NCBI GenBank assembly: GCA_964529725.1
Contig: CAZGXV010000001.1
Coordinates: forward strand, 106,458 to 170,457
Source of the DNA: an uncultured Roseibacillus sp.
GTDB taxonomy: Bacteria > Verrucomicrobiota > Verrucomicrobiia > Verrucomicrobiales > Akkermansiaceae
Length of the DNA stretch: 64,000 nt
Reading direction: 5' to 3'
The position numbers and the translations under genes were made by a program. Each line of letters begins with the position of its first letter. The stretch's first letter is position 1. Under the pieces are notes generated by a model. That model had not been told where the DNA came from, did no database searches, and saw nothing but the letters and a program-made list of their open reading frames with translations. This document shows positions 29,033 to 37,935 of the stretch, piece by piece.

Positions 29033-30991
29033 ATGCAAGACCGCAGAACTTTCCTCGAAACTCTCTCATTTGGCTCCGCCGGAATTGCGCTCACAACTGG
29101 AGGCCTCTTCACGAGCAACGCTTTCGCAGCGGATCAGACTTCCTCCACGACAGATACTGCCTTTCTGCGTTTAACGGAAAACCTTCTCACCGATTGGGTG
29201 GACGGGATGCTCGCCCGTCAAATCGACGAACCTAACAACCCCACCCATGATGGAGCTCTCGCTTGCCCTTCTTGTGACCATATTCACGGTCGTTGCTGGG
29301 AAGCAGTTTACCCCATTCTTCGAGTAGCCAAAACCAGCGGCGACCAGAAATACCTCGATGCGGCGGTCAAACTATTCGACTGGTCCAAACATGTCTCGGG
29401 AGAAGATGGACGTTGGACTAACGACCTCAACCCGAAGTCCTGGCACGGCACTTCCATCTTCGGTGCCATTGCTCTCGCAGAGGCGATTTACTATCACGGC
29501 GACCTCTTGCAAGAAGAGCAAGTGACTGCTTGGAAAGCGCGTCTCGACCACGCGGCCAGTGACTATCTTTGGAAAAAATTCCGAACCCTCGACTTCACCA
29601 ACGTCAACTATGGCTTCACGGCAGTACATGGTTTCGACCTCCTCGGACGGGTCTTGGAAGAAGAAAAGTATCTCGCACGCAGCCGGGACTTGGCCAAGGG
29701 TATCAAGGACTTCTTCACGGAACCCAACAAGTTGCTCTTTGGAGAGGGCAAACCTTACAACAACCGAAGCGCGCGTAACCTTCTGCCCGTGGACCTCGGT
29801 TATAACGTGGAGGAGTCGCTCAATGGAGTGACCCTTTACGCCCTCCATCATCAGGATGAGGAGTTGCTTTCCTTGCTGCAGAAATCTCTCGAGGGGCACC
29901 TGGAGTTCATGCTCACAGATGGGACTTGGGACAACAGCTGGGGCACTCGACAATTCAAGTGGACCTGTTGGGGAAGCCGCACCTCGGATGGATGCCAGCC
30001 TGCCTACGCTATGATGGCTGACCGCAATCCAGCTCTTGGGACAGCCGCCTTCAAGAACGCCGAGCTTCTTGCCCGTTGCACTGCAGACGGCCTCTTGCAT
30101 GGCGGACCTCACTTTGTCTCTCATGGGGTCAAGCCCTGTATTCACCACACCTTTGCCCATGCCAAAGTCCTCGCCTTTGTGCAGGATAACAAGGAGTCAC
30201 TCACCCACGTCAATCCGTCTACTCCTTTGCCCAGAGACCAGGCGCAAGGCATCAAACACTTTCCCGAGATTGCCGTTTGGTTGGCGGCCAAAGGTCCCTG
30301 GCGCGGAACGGTATCGGCCTACGACTCCATTTACCGAACCAAATCAGAGCCCGAGTATATCCAGCAAGCTACTGGTGGTTCGTTGTCCGTTCTCTTTCAC
30401 CAAAAGGTAGGGCTCATCTTTGCCGCCAGCATGGCTAAGTACCTTCAAGTTGAGCCACTCAACCAGCAGGCCAACCCCAGCGAAGACTTCCCCTTCACTC
30501 CTCGGATCGAAATTGATAAAGATGGCGGGTGGTATACCAATCTCTATGACCTGAAGGCCAAAGTCGAACCAAGCGACTCACCTGATAGAACTGACTTCCG
30601 AGTGCAAACAACTCTGCAGGACAAAGACCGCAACACAGTGCCCGGCGAAGACTCAGCCTTCGAACTACGCTATCTCTTCGAAGATGAACTCACGACCGTG
30701 ACGGCCAACAGGAAACAGGGTGCAGAAGACATCAGCAAAGCCTCGCTGGTGCTTCCCGTTATTTCGCCAAGCGGTGAAACGGTTCGCCAAACTGCTAGCA
30801 ACCGAATCGAAATCGACAAACCAGAGGGGACGGTCGTCATCGAAGGGAGTGGGCCTCTTGTTATCAAAAAAACCGCGAAAGGGCGCGTCTTCAATCAGGT
30901 CCCCGGTTGCGAAGCAGTTCCCATCATGATTTCTCTCCCCTCTGACGGAACTGCCATGACCTGCACGGTTCAAGTGATGGCTAAGCCCTAG
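29033..30991 (+). CDS. Tat-exported hypothetical protein, probable (alpha/alpha)-toroid plus beta domain (lyase/hydrolase-like)
   Basis: DRRTFL twin-arginine signal ending AFA; CPSCDHIHGRC; WDNSWGTRQFKWTCWGSRTSDGCQ. Confidence 0.75.
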   Translation: MQDRRTFLETLSFGSAGIALTTGGLFTSNAFAADQTSSTTDTAFLRLTENLLTDWVDGMLARQIDEPNNPTHDGALACPSCDHIHGRCWEAVYPILRVAKTSGDQKYLDAAVKLFDWSKHVSGEDGRWTNDLNPKSWHGTSIFGAIALAEAIYYHGDLLQEEQVTAWKARLDHAASDYLWKKFRTLDFTNVNYGFTAVHGFDLLGRVLEEEKYLARSRDLAKGIKDFFTEPNKLLFGEGKPYNNRSARNLLPVDLGYNVEESLNGVTLYALHHQDEELLSLLQKSLEGHLEFMLTDGTWDNSWGTRQFKWTCWGSRTSDGCQPAYAMMADRNPALGTAAFKNAELLARCTADGLLHGGPHFVSHGVKPCIHHTFAHAKVLAFVQDNKESLTHVNPSTPLPRDQAQGIKHFPEIAVWLAAKGPWRGTVSAYDSIYRTKSEPEYIQQATGGSLSVLFHQKVGLIFAASMAKYLQVEPLNQQANPSEDFPFTPRIEIDKDGGWYTNLYDLKAKVEPSDSPDRTDFRVQTTLQDKDRNTVPGEDSAFELRYLFEDELTTVTANRKQGAEDISKASLVLPVISPSGETVRQTASNRIEIDKPEGTVVIEGSGPLVIKKTAKGRVFNQVPGCEAVPIMISLPSDGTAMTCTVQVMAKP

Positions 30992-31157
30992 AATTCTGGT
31001 TTGGCCACGTAGGAAGCGCCTTGGGAATAGGTTTCGGGCAGACCAGCCTTGGCTCTCCAGGCACCTTCGCTAGCGATTTCTGATTTTCCCAGACTACGGG
31101 ACAGCTTTAACGATAGCTTGCTGCCCATAGCGACGTTAAAATATCTCAGCCTGCTCC

Positions 31158-34100
31158 ATGATCTCCTTTTTTGCCCGCAACGACATCGCCACCAATATTC
31201 TCATGGTGGCTATCTTGGTCGTAGCGGGCTGGTTCACGCTGGAAAAAATACCCTACGAGATTCAGCCTAATCAGGTTTGGGATGAAGTTCGTATCGACAT
31301 CGACTATCGGGGTGGGAGCCCTGCTGATGTGGAGCGCAATGTTGCTATCCCCATTGAACAGGCCTTGGAAGGGCTTTCGGGGGTCAAACTTCTACGCACG
31401 GAGAGTAACCGGGGCGGCTGTGACATCCGGGTAGAAGCGAAGGACGGGGTCGATCCGAAGGAACTTTTGGAAGAAGTGAAGGCACGGGTGGACCGCGTCA
31501 ACACCTTCCCGAGCGAGACGGAGCGCCCTCGCTATTTCGTGCCGACGAGCGAACAGTGGCGCGAGGTTATCACGGTGGCAGTCATGGGTGAGCTGAGCGA
31601 ACAAGACCTCCTCGACGCCACCCGGCTGGTGCGCGATCAGGTGGCAGCTCTGCCGGGTATCTCGAACGCACGCATCACCGGGAACTCTCCTCCGGAAATC
31701 GCCATCGAGGCCAAACCTGACCGCCTGCTTCACTTTGGCCTGTCACTTAGTGACATCACCAACGCCATCCGACGGTCCTCCATCGACCTGCCGGCCGGAC
31801 AGATACAGACCCCCGGTGGCAATGTCCTGATTCGCACAACCGGGCAGGCCTACTCGCGCGAGCAATTCGAAAGCATCGTCTTGCGCTCGCGCGATGGTGC
31901 CGAAATCAGGTTGGGCGATGTTGCCACGGTCTCGGATGGCTTTGAAGAGAATCGGAAAATTGTCCGCTTCAACGGTATTCCGGCCCTGATTGTGGAGGTC
32001 TACCGCATCGGGGACCAGAACGCTCTCGAAATTGCCGACACCGTCAAAAACTATGTCGCCAACTCCGCTTCCAAACTACCTTCCGGCGTCGAGCTCTCGG
32101 TGTGGGACGATGATTCCCAGGCGCTGCGAGGCCGTCTTTCGACATTGGTCAATTCTCTCGTGCAAGGGGCTCTACTCGTCCTCCTGGTTCTGGGGCTCTT
32201 CCTTCGTCCCACGCTTGCCCTTTGGATTCTCATCGGCATTCCCGTTGCCTTCGCCGGGGGGCTCTTATTCATGCCGATTTGGGGCACCACCATCAACATG
32301 ATGTCTCTTTTTGGCTTCATTATCGTGTTAGGAATCGTGGTCGATGATGCCATCGTAACCGGGGAAAATATTTATACAAAACTCCGTGAAGGACTCGACC
32401 CCACGGAAGCCGCCATCGTGGGCACCAAAGAAGTGTCCACACCAGTCACCTTCGGAATCATTACCACCATCGTCGCATTCGTCCCCCTCATGTTCATGCC
32501 CGATTCTTGGGCTTCCTACACAAAGCCCATTCTTCCAGTGGTGGCGCCAGTTCTTTTATTTTCCCTCATCGAGTCCAAGCTCATCCTTCCCTGTCACCTC
32601 AAACACTTGAAGACAAATCGCGACAAGAAGCGGCTCAATTGGTTCGAGCGTTTCCAACAGAAAATATCCCATGGTCTAGAATACTTTGTCGCCAAGGTCT
32701 TCCAACCTATTCTCAACTTCACCCTCAACTATCGTTACGCTGCTCTGGCCTCGTTTGTGGCGGTGGCTCTTGCTTTCGGCGGATATTGGAGAGGAGGGCA
32801 CCTCGGCTTCGTCACCTTACCCTCCATTGACCGCGATATGATTAATGCTTGGGTTGAAATGCCAGCCGACACCCGAATCGAGGAGACCGATAAAATGGTC
32901 GCCAAAATGTATGCCGCAGCCCAACAGCTGCAGGACGAATATACGGATGAGGCAACCGGCCAATCCCTCATCACGAACATCATCACTTCCACCGGCGGGT
33001 GGCACTCGCGACCTAACAGCAACCCCAAGCAAGGCTCCATCGCCTTCGAGCTTCTTCCTCCGGAAAAACGGGCCGAGCAATTTTCCGGACTGCGCAATGC
33101 TGATATCTCCCAACGCTATCGCGAGATTATGGGCCCCATTGACGACCAAGTGCGACGCTTCAATATCTTTGGTGAGATGGGAGGAGGACGCTTTGGTGAG
33201 GACTCCGGGCGCTCGATTGAAGTTCGAGTGAGTGGCCCTCATTCTCCTGAAAAAATCGAAGTCATGGATGCCATCGAAGACCTCTTCGATAGCTATCGCC
33301 CCCAAGGCATCACCTCCACCTGGCACAATGCAGAAGGTGGCCGGGAAGAGGTCCAACTGACGCTGAAACCGCGCGCAAGTGAGCTTGGGCTCACCCAGCG
33401 GGAACTGGCATCGCAGGTTCGAGCTGCCTTTTTTGGCGAACAAGCGCAACGTATCCAACGCGAACGAGATGATATCCGCGTGATGGTCCGTCTTCCGGAA
33501 TCCGACCGCGAAAACCTCAACACCCTCGATAACCTCATTCTCCGCGCACCCAACGGAGCCGAGATTCCCTTTTCGGCTGCCGTCGATATCAACTTTACCC
33601 GCTCACCTGGAAACCTCCGTCGCATCAACGGTTCGCAAATCAACGAGTTCAATGCCGACGTCCGTGACGACGAAGTCGATGTCATCGGGATCGCGCGCGA
33701 GGCAGCCCCGCAGATTGATAAAATCCTGGCAGGAACCGGACTCACTTGGCAATACACTGGCTTCGTAGCAGATGACGGCGAAACCCTGCGCCGAACCCAA
33801 ATTGGAGCCGGGTTACTCATTCTGACCCTCTACGCCCTTCTTGCCATTCCCTTCAAGTCATTGATCCAGCCCTTCTTCGTGTTGCTCGCCATTCCCTTCG
33901 GCGTCATTGGTGCCATGTTCGGCCACATCATTCTCGACCAAACCCCCTCTTGGCTTTCGGTCTTTGGAATTCTTGCTCTCACGGGAGTGGTTGTGAATGA
34001 TTCCCTCGTCCTCGTCGACTTCATCAATCGTCGCCGTGACTCGGGCCTCGACCTGCATCAGGCAGTCTTGCAGGCAGGAGCGAGACGCTTTCGTCCCATC

Positions 34101-34361
34101 CTTCTGACCTCGCTCACTACTTTCGCAGGACTCATGCCTCTGATTGCGGAGAAGTCTCTGCAAGCGCAATTCCTAAAGCCCATGGCCATTTCCCTCGCCT
34201 ACGGTATTTTATTCGCAACCTTCATTACTCTTCTGCTGATCCCCACCGCCTACCTCATCACTGAGGATCTGAAGAGCCTCTTCGCAAAGTTCTTCCGTTG
34301 GTACCGCTCCCCTTTCGAAGACAAAGAAGAGACTGGCAAATTAACGCCGGAGGAATCCTGA
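31158..34361 (+). CDS. RND efflux permease (AcrB/CzcA superfamily)
   Basis: 1067 aa; GIVVDDAIV (TM4), RFRPILLTSLTT (TM11), two large periplasmic loops. Confidence 0.95.
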   Translation: MISFFARNDIATNILMVAILVVAGWFTLEKIPYEIQPNQVWDEVRIDIDYRGGSPADVERNVAIPIEQALEGLSGVKLLRTESNRGGCDIRVEAKDGVDPKELLEEVKARVDRVNTFPSETERPRYFVPTSEQWREVITVAVMGELSEQDLLDATRLVRDQVAALPGISNARITGNSPPEIAIEAKPDRLLHFGLSLSDITNAIRRSSIDLPAGQIQTPGGNVLIRTTGQAYSREQFESIVLRSRDGAEIRLGDVATVSDGFEENRKIVRFNGIPALIVEVYRIGDQNALEIADTVKNYVANSASKLPSGVELSVWDDDSQALRGRLSTLVNSLVQGALLVLLVLGLFLRPTLALWILIGIPVAFAGGLLFMPIWGTTINMMSLFGFIIVLGIVVDDAIVTGENIYTKLREGLDPTEAAIVGTKEVSTPVTFGIITTIVAFVPLMFMPDSWASYTKPILPVVAPVLLFSLIESKLILPCHLKHLKTNRDKKRLNWFERFQQKISHGLEYFVAKVFQPILNFTLNYRYAALASFVAVALAFGGYWRGGHLGFVTLPSIDRDMINAWVEMPADTRIEETDKMVAKMYAAAQQLQDEYTDEATGQSLITNIITSTGGWHSRPNSNPKQGSIAFELLPPEKRAEQFSGLRNADISQRYREIMGPIDDQVRRFNIFGEMGGGRFGEDSGRSIEVRVSGPHSPEKIEVMDAIEDLFDSYRPQGITSTWHNAEGGREEVQLTLKPRASELGLTQRELASQVRAAFFGEQAQRIQRERDDIRVMVRLPESDRENLNTLDNLILRAPNGAEIPFSAAVDINFTRSPGNLRRINGSQINEFNADVRDDEVDVIGIAREAAPQIDKILAGTGLTWQYTGFVADDGETLRRTQIGAGLLILTLYALLAIPFKSLIQPFFVLLAIPFGVIGAMFGHIILDQTPSWLSVFGILALTGVVVNDSLVLVDFINRRRDSGLDLHQAVLQAGARRFRPILLTSLTTFAGLMPLIAEKSLQAQFLKPMAISLAYGILFATFITLLLIPTAYLITEDLKSLFAKFFRWYRSPFEDKEETGKLTPEES

Positions 34362-34369
34362 TTCTCTCC

Positions 34370-35521
34370 ATGAAGCCGCTCCCCCTTCTCATCACCCTCT
34401 CTGCCCTCGCGTTGGCCGGTGCCGTCGTGCTGATGCAGCAAAAGCCTGCCAAAGAGCAGCGGCAGGGCTCCCAGCTGACGCCGCTATCCAATGCACCGCT
34501 GCCCATTGATTACGTGGAACCGGAAGCCCCCCTTCCTCTGCCACCTTTGCTGGAGGAGGACCTCACGCCTGATTCTGCTCTCGTCGCCTTTGTCGAAAAC
34601 CACTTGGAACTTTCTTTTCCATCGCCCCCAATCTTCCAGCCTGTCCCAGCAGAAGAGGTCATTCTAACGATAGCAAAAGGAGTGGATTTCTACCTACCAG
34701 AGAACCGTCTTCAAAAACTCAATACCGTTACTAAGGGCCTTGGGATTCTCCAGGATTTCCAGGAACTCGACCAAATTATCATTACGATTTTAGCGGGAGA
34801 AATGCGCGGCCTCGTGACCCCAACCCGCAACCTGATCCTCAATGATTTTCAGGCCTCATCCCCTCCCGAACAAGCCGCTCTCGTGAACCTTCTCGCGCAA
34901 AAACTTCTTTTCCAACGACTCCCCGTTCCTACGCAAGATGCCTCCATCGACGAGATTCTAGCCAATCACTTCGCGAGGCAAAGTTTAGCTCTAGCGACGG
35001 AAAAAGAGTTTCGAAAAACCCTTCCCGACTACCCGCCTTCACTTAACGAGAATTTGCGGGAAAGCATCCTGCTAGGGCTTCCCAGCTTCTTCCACGAACT
35101 CTCCACTTTTGCCGAATTCCATCTCTTATCTCAAGTCTCCAACGGGGCTCCAGCGGAGGTGCTTAGCACACTCACGAACCAGTCGTCGGTTCCTTCGCGC
35201 GCCCTCCTCACCTTTCCCTTCGCCGCCAAAGAAGGCGGACAAGCCAGCGAGTTTGGCGCCATTCCACTTTATCTAATTCTTCTTGAGACTACTGACCCAA
35301 CAACCGCCCGCACTCTTGCAACAGCTTTAGTGAAGGACGAAATCGCTTTTCAACCTCACTCTTTCTCATGGATCCTTTCCTTTGATTCTCCGAAAAATCC
35401 TCCTCGCGTTGCCGAGCAAATGCGGAGCTACTATGCACTCCGTAATACTACCAAATCGGTTGATATTGCCGTGAGGGAACAAGAGGTCGTCATCACCATC
35501 CCTCTCGAGAGTGGGATGTGA
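34370..35521 (+). CDS. Membrane-anchored hypothetical protein, probable inactive homolog of an LpqM-like HExxH zinc peptidase
   Basis: N-terminal TM; VENHLELSF..P, LGIL, EMRG, AALVNLLAQKLLFQR at the position of the recalled LAHELTHALQDQ consensus. Confidence 0.55.
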   Translation: MKPLPLLITLSALALAGAVVLMQQKPAKEQRQGSQLTPLSNAPLPIDYVEPEAPLPLPPLLEEDLTPDSALVAFVENHLELSFPSPPIFQPVPAEEVILTIAKGVDFYLPENRLQKLNTVTKGLGILQDFQELDQIIITILAGEMRGLVTPTRNLILNDFQASSPPEQAALVNLLAQKLLFQRLPVPTQDASIDEILANHFARQSLALATEKEFRKTLPDYPPSLNENLRESILLGLPSFFHELSTFAEFHLLSQVSNGAPAEVLSTLTNQSSVPSRALLTFPFAAKEGGQASEFGAIPLYLILLETTDPTTARTLATALVKDEIAFQPHSFSWILSFDSPKNPPRVAEQMRSYYALRNTTKSVDIAVREQEVVITIPLESGM

Positions 35522-35572
35522 GCGTAGTTTCGGTTCGGCGGGATTGAGATTGTTAGCGACATCACTGCCAAG

Positions 35573-37666
35573 TCAATCGAGCATCGCGCGCATTCCTCCC
35601 AAGAAGTCGGCGACATCGTCGTCGCTGGCCTCTTCCTTCATCACCGCTTCGTAGTCCGTCTCCTCAATCCACTCGAAGTCGAGTTCCCCGATGAAACTGC
35701 TCGGCTCGCAGGCAATCTCTTCGCCCCACTTCACGCGCGAGCTGCAATAAGTGAGCGACAGCCGTTCTTGGGCTCGAGTGATGCCCACATAGAGCAAGCG
35801 ACGCTCCTCATCCTTGGTGCCCTCCTCGACCGAGCGTTTGTGCGGCAGAATCCCCTCCTCCAATCCCACCAAAAAGACTACCGGGTATTCTAACCCCTTG
35901 GCAGCATGCAGGGTGATGAGGGTGACCCCTTTTTTCTCGTCGAGCTCGTCGTCTTTTTGCGGGTCGAGTAAAGTCTCCTCCAAAAACTTTTGCACCGTCT
36001 TGCCCTTTTCCATCGCCCGGTCCAACCCTTCGAAAAAGAAGCCCATTCCTGCTCTTCGCTGGTCTTTTTCTTGGTCCGTCTTGGTGTTGCGCATCAACCA
36101 ATCGACATACTCACAACTCTCCAGCACGGACTCCAAAACATCACGAGGACTTTCTCCATCCTGTAACCGGATGTGGGCTCCTTCGATGAGGGCTTGGAAC
36201 TCCCCAATCGCTTTTTGCCCCCGGGTGCCAAGTTGCTCGATAAAATCGAAATTGCCCATCGCGTCCCAGATATTGGTGCCCTGCTCGCGGCTCCAATCAT
36301 TGGCCACGAGTGCGGTAGATGCCCCAATCCCCCGTGGTGGCGTGTTCAAGATTCGCAAGAGAGGGACATCCGCACGTGGGTCATGAATCACCTGCAAATA
36401 GGCGAGCACATCCCGAACTTCCCGTCGGTCATAAAAACTCTGGGCACCCACGAGACGGTAGGGAATCTCCTTCTCCCGCAACACCTGTTCCATCTTCCGG
36501 ATTTGGGTATTAGTCCGAAAAAGAATGGCGAAATCCTCCCATTTTCGCCAATTAGGATCGTCACCACCACCCTCCATGAGAGCGCCCATACCTCCGCCAA
36601 TCATACGCTGCACTGCAGCATCGACGCGCGGCTCACTCGCCTTATTTTTGGGGCCCAAACGGCGCAAGCGCTTCATCTCATCCGCGACCCATTCGGCCTC
36701 CTCGTCCTCTCCTCCGAAAGAGACCAACTGAATCAAGTCTCCGCCTGGAATCGTGTGCTTCAGCTCTTTCTCCCGCCGCCCAACGTTCCGTTTAATGAGC
36801 TTGTTAGCCACTTCCAAGACCGCTTGGGTACTGCGGTAGTTATCTTGCAAAAGAATGACCGCAGGATCGGGGAAGAAACGCTCGAACTGGAGAATATTGG
36901 CCACCTCGGCCCCCCGCCAGCCGTAGATACTCTGGTCATCATCTCCTACTACACAGATATTATAAGGAGTTCCCACCAGATTGCGAAGCAAGTCCATTTG
37001 CAGGGAGTTGGTATCTTGAAACTCATCAACGGTGATGTAGCGGTAATGCTCCTGCCACTTGGCCCGCTCCTCGGGAAACTCACGAAGCAACTGCTCGCCT
37101 AGTAGCAACAGGTCGTCGAAATCGACACAATTACGCGCTCGCAATTCATTCTGATAATCAACGGCGATAGCGCGGAAGAGTTCATCCTCAATCCCGTCTA
37201 ATCCTTCCACGGAATTCTTTGCTCCCGAAATCGCGCTGAGGACCTCGCCTGGCTTCACCTTCTCCTTAAGCCCACCGCGCTTCACAATGAACTGCTTGAT
37301 GAGAGCCTGCTGGTCTCCAGGGGTGCAAATGGAGAAATTTTTCTTGTAACCGAGTAACTCGATTCCACCCCGCAGAAGCCTTACACAAAGGGAATGAAAG
37401 GTGCAGACCGTGAGCTTTTCGGCCGCTGTCTTGTTGACCATTCCCCCCACCCGCTCCTGCATCTCGCGCGCAGCTTTGTTGGTGAAGGTGACTGCCAAAA
37501 TCTGTTCCGGCCGGACCCCTTTGTCCAAGAGATTGGCCATGCGACAAGTCACCGTCCGGGTCTTCCCCGTGCCCGCGCCTGCGAGAATCAAGACGGGCCC
37601 ATCCAGGGTCTCCACCGCCTCTCGTTGGGCAGCATTCAGCTGCCGAATATCAAACCCCGCTGCCAC
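35573..37666 (-). CDS. UvrD/Rep family ATP-dependent DNA helicase
   Basis: AGAGTGKT, VDEFQDTN, VGDDDQSIYGWRG, NYRS, TLHAAKGLEY, EERRLLYVGITRA. Confidence 0.96.
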   Translation of the reverse strand: MAAGFDIRQLNAAQREAVETLDGPVLILAGAGTGKTRTVTCRMANLLDKGVRPEQILAVTFTNKAAREMQERVGGMVNKTAAEKLTVCTFHSLCVRLLRGGIELLGYKKNFSICTPGDQQALIKQFIVKRGGLKEKVKPGEVLSAISGAKNSVEGLDGIEDELFRAIAVDYQNELRARNCVDFDDLLLLGEQLLREFPEERAKWQEHYRYITVDEFQDTNSLQMDLLRNLVGTPYNICVVGDDDQSIYGWRGAEVANILQFERFFPDPAVILLQDNYRSTQAVLEVANKLIKRNVGRREKELKHTIPGGDLIQLVSFGGEDEEAEWVADEMKRLRRLGPKNKASEPRVDAAVQRMIGGGMGALMEGGGDDPNWRKWEDFAILFRTNTQIRKMEQVLREKEIPYRLVGAQSFYDRREVRDVLAYLQVIHDPRADVPLLRILNTPPRGIGASTALVANDWSREQGTNIWDAMGNFDFIEQLGTRGQKAIGEFQALIEGAHIRLQDGESPRDVLESVLESCEYVDWLMRNTKTDQEKDQRRAGMGFFFEGLDRAMEKGKTVQKFLEETLLDPQKDDELDEKKGVTLITLHAAKGLEYPVVFLVGLEEGILPHKRSVEEGTKDEERRLLYVGITRAQERLSLTYCSSRVKWGEEIACEPSSFIGELDFEWIEETDYEAVMKEEASDDDVADFLGGMRAMLD

Positions 37667-37675
37667 GAGATTAGA

Positions 37676-37870
37676 CTAGTGAGCAGCCTCTTCCTCTTTG
37701 TGGGTGCCTTCTTTTCCGTGCTCATCCTTGTGGCCTTTGCCATGATCGCCATGGCCTTCCTCATGATGCTCATAGAGTTCCTTGACGCCATCTTCACCCT
37801 CCCACTGGTGACGGTCACAAGCGCACAGAATCAAGGCAGCAACGGCTGAAAGGAGGGAAAATATCTTCAT
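37676..37870 (-). CDS. Small His-rich lipoprotein (64 aa)
   Basis: MKIFSLLSAVAALILCAC lipobox, then a low-complexity H/E/G/K tail with 9 His. Confidence 0.7.
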   Translation of the reverse strand: MKIFSLLSAVAALILCACDRHQWEGEDGVKELYEHHEEGHGDHGKGHKDEHGKEGTHKEEEAAH

Positions 37871-37935
37871 CGCGCCCCTCTTACCGCAGCATTTCGCTCT
37901 CGCCAATCCCCAATCACGAACTTTTCGCGACTGAC

